A stretch of 28,332 nt of DNA from a bacterium. GTDB taxonomy: Bacteria > Electryoneota > Electryoneia > Electryoneales > Electryoneaceae. Below are positions 24,619 through 28,332 of the stretch, one piece after another (the stretch's first letter is position 1; every line of letters starts with the position of its first letter). The position numbers and the translations under genes were made by a program. The notes beneath the pieces were generated by a model, which made no database searches, had not been told where the DNA came from, and was given only the letters and a program-made list of their open reading frames with translations. The stretch is from positions 1 to 28,332 of the forward strand of contig JAZDLX010000142.1 of NCBI GenBank assembly GCA_043801585.1, given 5' to 3'.

Positions 24619-27342
24619 TTACAGTTCCAGGGTCAACCCGACGCGCACCAGCCGTGGGACATCGACGCGGGAGGGATCGTGCGCCCGATCATACTCCATC
24701 GCCGCTGTGGAGGAACTCCCGGACCATGTCGTCTCCCACGGTTGCCCAGTCGTCCGATCGACTTCCAATGGATTCACACGTTCCAGCAGGTTTTCGACAG
24801 AGACGAAAAGCGACAGTGAGAGTTGACCGCTGCTGACGAGCGTCTTTCCCGCCCGAAGATCTATCCGCAGGGATCCGTCCATCCGGAGAGCGTTGGGCTC
24901 AGGCGGAATTTCGTTGCGAGCGTACCAGGCTGTATAGGGCAAGCCGCTGGCATAACTGATGATCATTCCGGCACTGAAACCCCGGAGCAGAGGGCCGAAC
25001 CTGTGGGGATACTGGGTCCAACTGCTTTGCCAGGTGAGCATCAGGTTGGCGACATGGCGGCGATCGAAATCCAGGTAGTAATCGTTCCATGCCTCGGGGA
25101 TTTTATACTCCTCCAGGTTGGGATCGTCAGGATTGACCCGTTGCGATATCGCGTCATCGAGAGCATCCGAGGCGTCCCCCCGCGCCACACTCCACGTATA
25201 GTTCGCCTGCAGGCTCCAGTAATCCGAAAGCACCTTGTTGACCGTCAGCTCAACTCCGAACACCCGGGCGGTGGCAACGTTGAAATAGCCGACGGTTTGG
25301 GAATAGGCGCCGGATGTAGTGGCTGCGAGAAGGTTGAAGATATCCTTGTAGAAGCCCGTGCCGGTGAATCCCCAGTCGTTCCCGATAATGCCCTTGACTC
25401 CCAATTCGTAAGCGACTGTCCTCTCGGGCTCAAGTTTCGGATTGCCGATCGGCAGGCCATAGTTCAGGCTGGAAAACGAATCGGGCGCCGCTTCACTCGT
25501 GTTGATGAACAACTTCGAATAGTCCGGGAATTGGAAGAAATGACCGTAGGAAAAGAAAAGCGACATTTTGTCACCGACAGGTTGTGCAATTCCCAGCCGT
25601 GGACTGATCTGTCGGGACACAGGCGCCTGTTCAAAGACAAGTTTGCTGCTTTCGGTATCCGACCATCCACCGACGTTCGGTTCGATCTGATCGAGGCGGA
25701 GCCCGGCATCGATGACCAATCCCTCCAAGGTCAACGTCTGCTGAGTCCAGACGGCCAGTTCGAGGGGATTCTCGACAAAATTGTTGGGGAAATACTTGAC
25801 TTTTCGGTACTCCGATCCAAGGGGTGACACAATCGTGTAGTAGTAATAGTTCAAATCGGTCAGGTGGAGTTGACCGGACCGTATTTCCGCCCCAAAACGA
25901 GATTGTACCTGTTGATTCACCTGCCATGTGGCTTTCACACTGGCTGAGCGGGTGTTCGTGTCGCTGGTTTTCCAGACTTCCGACCACATCGTTCGGTCCG
26001 AGAAAAAGGGAAGGCGAATTCCCAGCGCTTCACGAGGATAGAGATTGTAATCGACGTAGGTCTCCCAATTCTCGAAAACCTTGACCTTGTTGATTCTCCG
26101 GTTGAACCCAAGCACGACATCATAGAAGAAGGTTTCACCGATCGTGTGCTTCCAGTCCAGGGAGAACCGGTTATGATCTTCGGAGTGCTTGTGGTAATGA
26201 CTGGGTGTGTATTTCCACTGATGATTGTATTTCTGTTCATCTGTCGCGTTCAAACCGAAGCTGAAGGTTAATTTTCCGGGTCCGAGGCCCGCCGCGATTT
26301 TGCCCGAAGTCTGGCGATCCCAGGTTCCTCCGAAGGGGAGGTAGCTGTCCTCCAGGTCGTGCATTCCGCTCAGGAAAAAAGTCGCCCTTTTTCCGGTGAA
26401 AGGAATCGGACCGGAAAGGGTGGCGCTGAGACGTCCCTGTTCCGCGACTGGAGGATCACAACTGTCGAAAAAATGAGACGGAGAGTAGGCGGACAAGCTG
26501 CTGTTGACACGGATATAATCCGAGTGTTCACCTGCCCAATCGGCTTTCCGATAGGTGCTCGCATTCACCATCGGAGACTCGACGTCAACGCTCGCCGAGT
26601 AACGCGGACCCCCTTCACGAGTAACGATGCTGACGAGTCCGCTCATCGCCTGGCCGTACTCCGCACTGAACGTTCCTGTCAGCAGCTGAAGTTCATGCAG
26701 GGATTCCCGGCCGATGGTCGAAGCGAGATCGCCCTCGAGGGGATCCTCGACACGGATGCCGTCAATGATGTATCCGATCTCGCCGGAACGGCCGCCTCGC
26801 AAATGAAGCAAGCCGTTTCGGTCCCGGGAGACTCCTGGTTGAATCTGGACAATTTCATCCGACTGGCGGATGGGCATCTGCCGGGCTACACTTCCCTCCA
26901 CGCTGATCCGCTGTGAAGATTCGGTGACGTTCACCGGCGGGCGTGTAAAAATGACAGTGACCGGTTCCATCTCAATGGCTTGTTCGGTGAGCTGCACGTT
27001 CAGTGTTGTGATGCTGCCGCTGTTGATCACGACTTGCTCGATACGCTGGGCTCGATAGCCGAGCGCACGGAAGTTCACCGTGTAGCGCCCCGGATCGAGG
27101 GCGAGAATGTAATATTCCCCTGCCAGATCAGAGGCGGCGCCCCGATTCATTCCCTCGATCTGAACCGTTGCACTGGCAACAGGCTCACCGTTGTCGACGC
27201 GGGTGATCCGGCCAAGGATCCGGCCTGGTGATTGTGCGAAACTGGTCTCCGCGGTCACGATCATCAGTACTGGGAAAATGATCCACGAAAATCGTTTGAA
27301 CGTACGGGCTCGATGGGAAGAGCGTGCGGATCGATTCACCAT
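24619..27342 (-). CDS. TonB-dependent receptor with N-terminal carboxypeptidase-regulatory-like domain
   Basis: Signal peptide (SFA-Q), GRILGRIT...GEPVASATV, G.Y.I..L.PG.Y, plug LHLRGGRSGEI.Y.IDGI, G.FSAEYG.A.SG, ISPRLG, FSYGHFFQ.P, GNPKL.PERT..YE.G, terminal strand VRVGLTLEL. Confidence 0.92.
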   Translation of the reverse strand: MVNRSARSSHRARTFKRFSWIIFPVLMIVTAETSFAQSPGRILGRITRVDNGEPVASATVQIEGMNRGAASDLAGEYYILALDPGRYTVNFRALGYRAQRIEQVVINSGSITTLNVQLTEQAIEMEPVTVIFTRPPVNVTESSQRISVEGSVARQMPIRQSDEIVQIQPGVSRDRNGLLHLRGGRSGEIGYIIDGIRVEDPLEGDLASTIGRESLHELQLLTGTFSAEYGQAMSGLVSIVTREGGPRYSASVDVESPMVNASTYRKADWAGEHSDYIRVNSSLSAYSPSHFFDSCDPPVAEQGRLSATLSGPIPFTGKRATFFLSGMHDLEDSYLPFGGTWDRQTSGKIAAGLGPGKLTFSFGLNATDEQKYNHQWKYTPSHYHKHSEDHNRFSLDWKHTIGETFFYDVVLGFNRRINKVKVFENWETYVDYNLYPREALGIRLPFFSDRTMWSEVWKTSDTNTRSASVKATWQVNQQVQSRFGAEIRSGQLHLTDLNYYYYTIVSPLGSEYRKVKYFPNNFVENPLELAVWTQQTLTLEGLVIDAGLRLDQIEPNVGGWSDTESSKLVFEQAPVSRQISPRLGIAQPVGDKMSLFFSYGHFFQFPDYSKLFINTSEAAPDSFSSLNYGLPIGNPKLEPERTVAYELGVKGIIGNDWGFTGTGFYKDIFNLLAATTSGAYSQTVGYFNVATARVFGVELTVNKVLSDYWSLQANYTWSVARGDASDALDDAISQRVNPDDPNLEEYKIPEAWNDYYLDFDRRHVANLMLTWQSSWTQYPHRFGPLLRGFSAGMIISYASGLPYTAWYARNEIPPEPNALRMDGSLRIDLRAGKTLVSSGQLSLSLFVSVENLLERVNPLEVDRTTGQPWETTWSGSSSTAAMEYDRAHDPSRVDVPRLVRVGLTLEL

Positions 27343-27379
27343 ATTCTTACGTCCATTCCGTCATAGACAAAGATTGCCG

Positions 27380-28332
27380 TCATCGAATGACCATCAGCTT
27401 TCCAGTGTGCGTAACGTCTCCCGCTTTGACAACGTAGACGTAGAGACCGTACGCGACATCCTGTCCCTCTTTGTTTCTTAAGTCCCAGTATGCGAATCCA
27501 GCGTCCGTCGCGGATTGGTGGTCAATGGTCGCCACTTTCCTTCCGGCCACTGTGTAGATGTCGATAGTGCACCGGGCCGGCAGGTGTGTAAACATCACCC
27601 GCGCGTCATTTGCATCCAGTTCGAATCCGCTGCGAACGATGTAGGGATTGGGAACGACCCGGACATCGTCGAGAGAATAGGTTTGATTCCGCCGAGACGC
27701 CTCCGTTGTGAACTCGTAGACATGCTCAGAGGTGAAATTCTTGTACGTAATGATTGTGAACACATCGCCGACACTGGGAGGTACCGCGTCCGCGGGACCG
27801 TTCTGGGTCTTCAGGTAAATGAGGGATCCAGTGGTATCGTTCTCGTCATCACGCATCACGAGTATATCCGGCCAAATGTCTCCCATCGCGGTGGGATTGT
27901 AACCGGCGCCTCCAGGTGTCAGATCCCATCCGAGCGGACCCATGATTCCCGGATTGTCGAAGACAATGCGCAGATCGGACACCCATAGGTGATCCGTGAC
28001 ATCTTCCCAGACTCCGTCCTCAGCGTTCGGGGAACGTTCAACGTGAATCGGAACCTTGATCGAGTCAACGATTCCGAGATCCCAACCAGCGGCAGTCAAC
28101 GCCACATTTGCGGAATCCGAAGTCACCGTGACCCGCCAGTCGCTGCCGCCATAAACGACTTCCTCATAGCTCGAGGGATTTCCAGGACTCCGGTTTTCCG
28201 TCCACCAGTCGAAGGTGGAAGTGTCCTCCAAAACGGTTGTCCATCCCAGTCTGCGGACTCCCGCCCCATCGACATCCTTGACTTCGAGGCGGAATCCATC
28301 AACTGCGGGCATGCCCGTTCCTCGGAGCGGGA
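27380..28332 (-). CDS. Secreted protein with T9SS type-A-like / FlgD-Ig-like C-terminal domain, 5' end truncated by window edge
   Basis: The frame stays open past 28312 to the window end. C-terminus VRVVPNPY...FTHLP..CTI.IYTVAG..V..I......WDLRN..GQDVAYGLY.YVV......GKLMVIR. Confidence 0.85.
   Translation of the reverse strand, partial: PLRGTGMPAVDGFRLEVKDVDGAGVRRLGWTTVLEDTSTFDWWTENRSPGNPSSYEEVVYGGSDWRVTVTSDSANVALTAAGWDLGIVDSIKVPIHVERSPNAEDGVWEDVTDHLWVSDLRIVFDNPGIMGPLGWDLTPGGAGYNPTAMGDIWPDILVMRDDENDTTGSLIYLKTQNGPADAVPPSVGDVFTIITYKNFTSEHVYEFTTEASRRNQTYSLDDVRVVPNPYIVRSGFELDANDARVMFTHLPARCTIDIYTVAGRKVATIDHQSATDAGFAYWDLRNKEGQDVAYGLYVYVVKAGDVTHTGKLMVIR

Overview
Bacterial chromosomal window, mostly minus-strand genes. 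The T9SS-type C-terminal domain, TonB-dependent receptors and dense D-S/T-x motifs suggest an FCB-superphylum organism with an HrcA/CIRCE heat-shock system (inference). Left to right: a partial hemolysin-III/TrhA-family gene, a prenyltransferase-like hypothetical gene, an archaeal-type AsnRS-paralogue asparagine synthetase, groEL-groES with a CIRCE operator and sigma70-type promoter, and a plus-strand outer-membrane plug/barrel protein. Next is a long, tightly packed minus-strand run, in transcription order: tatD, SAM methyltransferase, ftsE, ftsX, hrcA, grpE, dnaJ, comEA, pilin-like protein, PilM/GspL-like protein, rsmD, FAH-family hydrolase, nfi, REC-GGDEF cyclase, GAFTGA-less AAA+ regulator. 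The right end holds a small plus-strand ORF, an MsbA-like ABC exporter, a TonB-dependent receptor and a partial T9SS-CTD protein. No rRNA, tRNA, CRISPR array or transposase is recognisable. Best leads: (i) two inverted doublets of related 27-bp palindromes (REP/REPIN-like) bracketing two accessory genes; (ii) comEA plus two divergent pilus-machinery-like genes directly behind hrcA-grpE-dnaJ; (iii) a diguanylate cyclase with an atypical receiver next to a sigma54-independent enhancer-binding-like protein with a winged helix. All calls come from motif reading only, and no database search was run.
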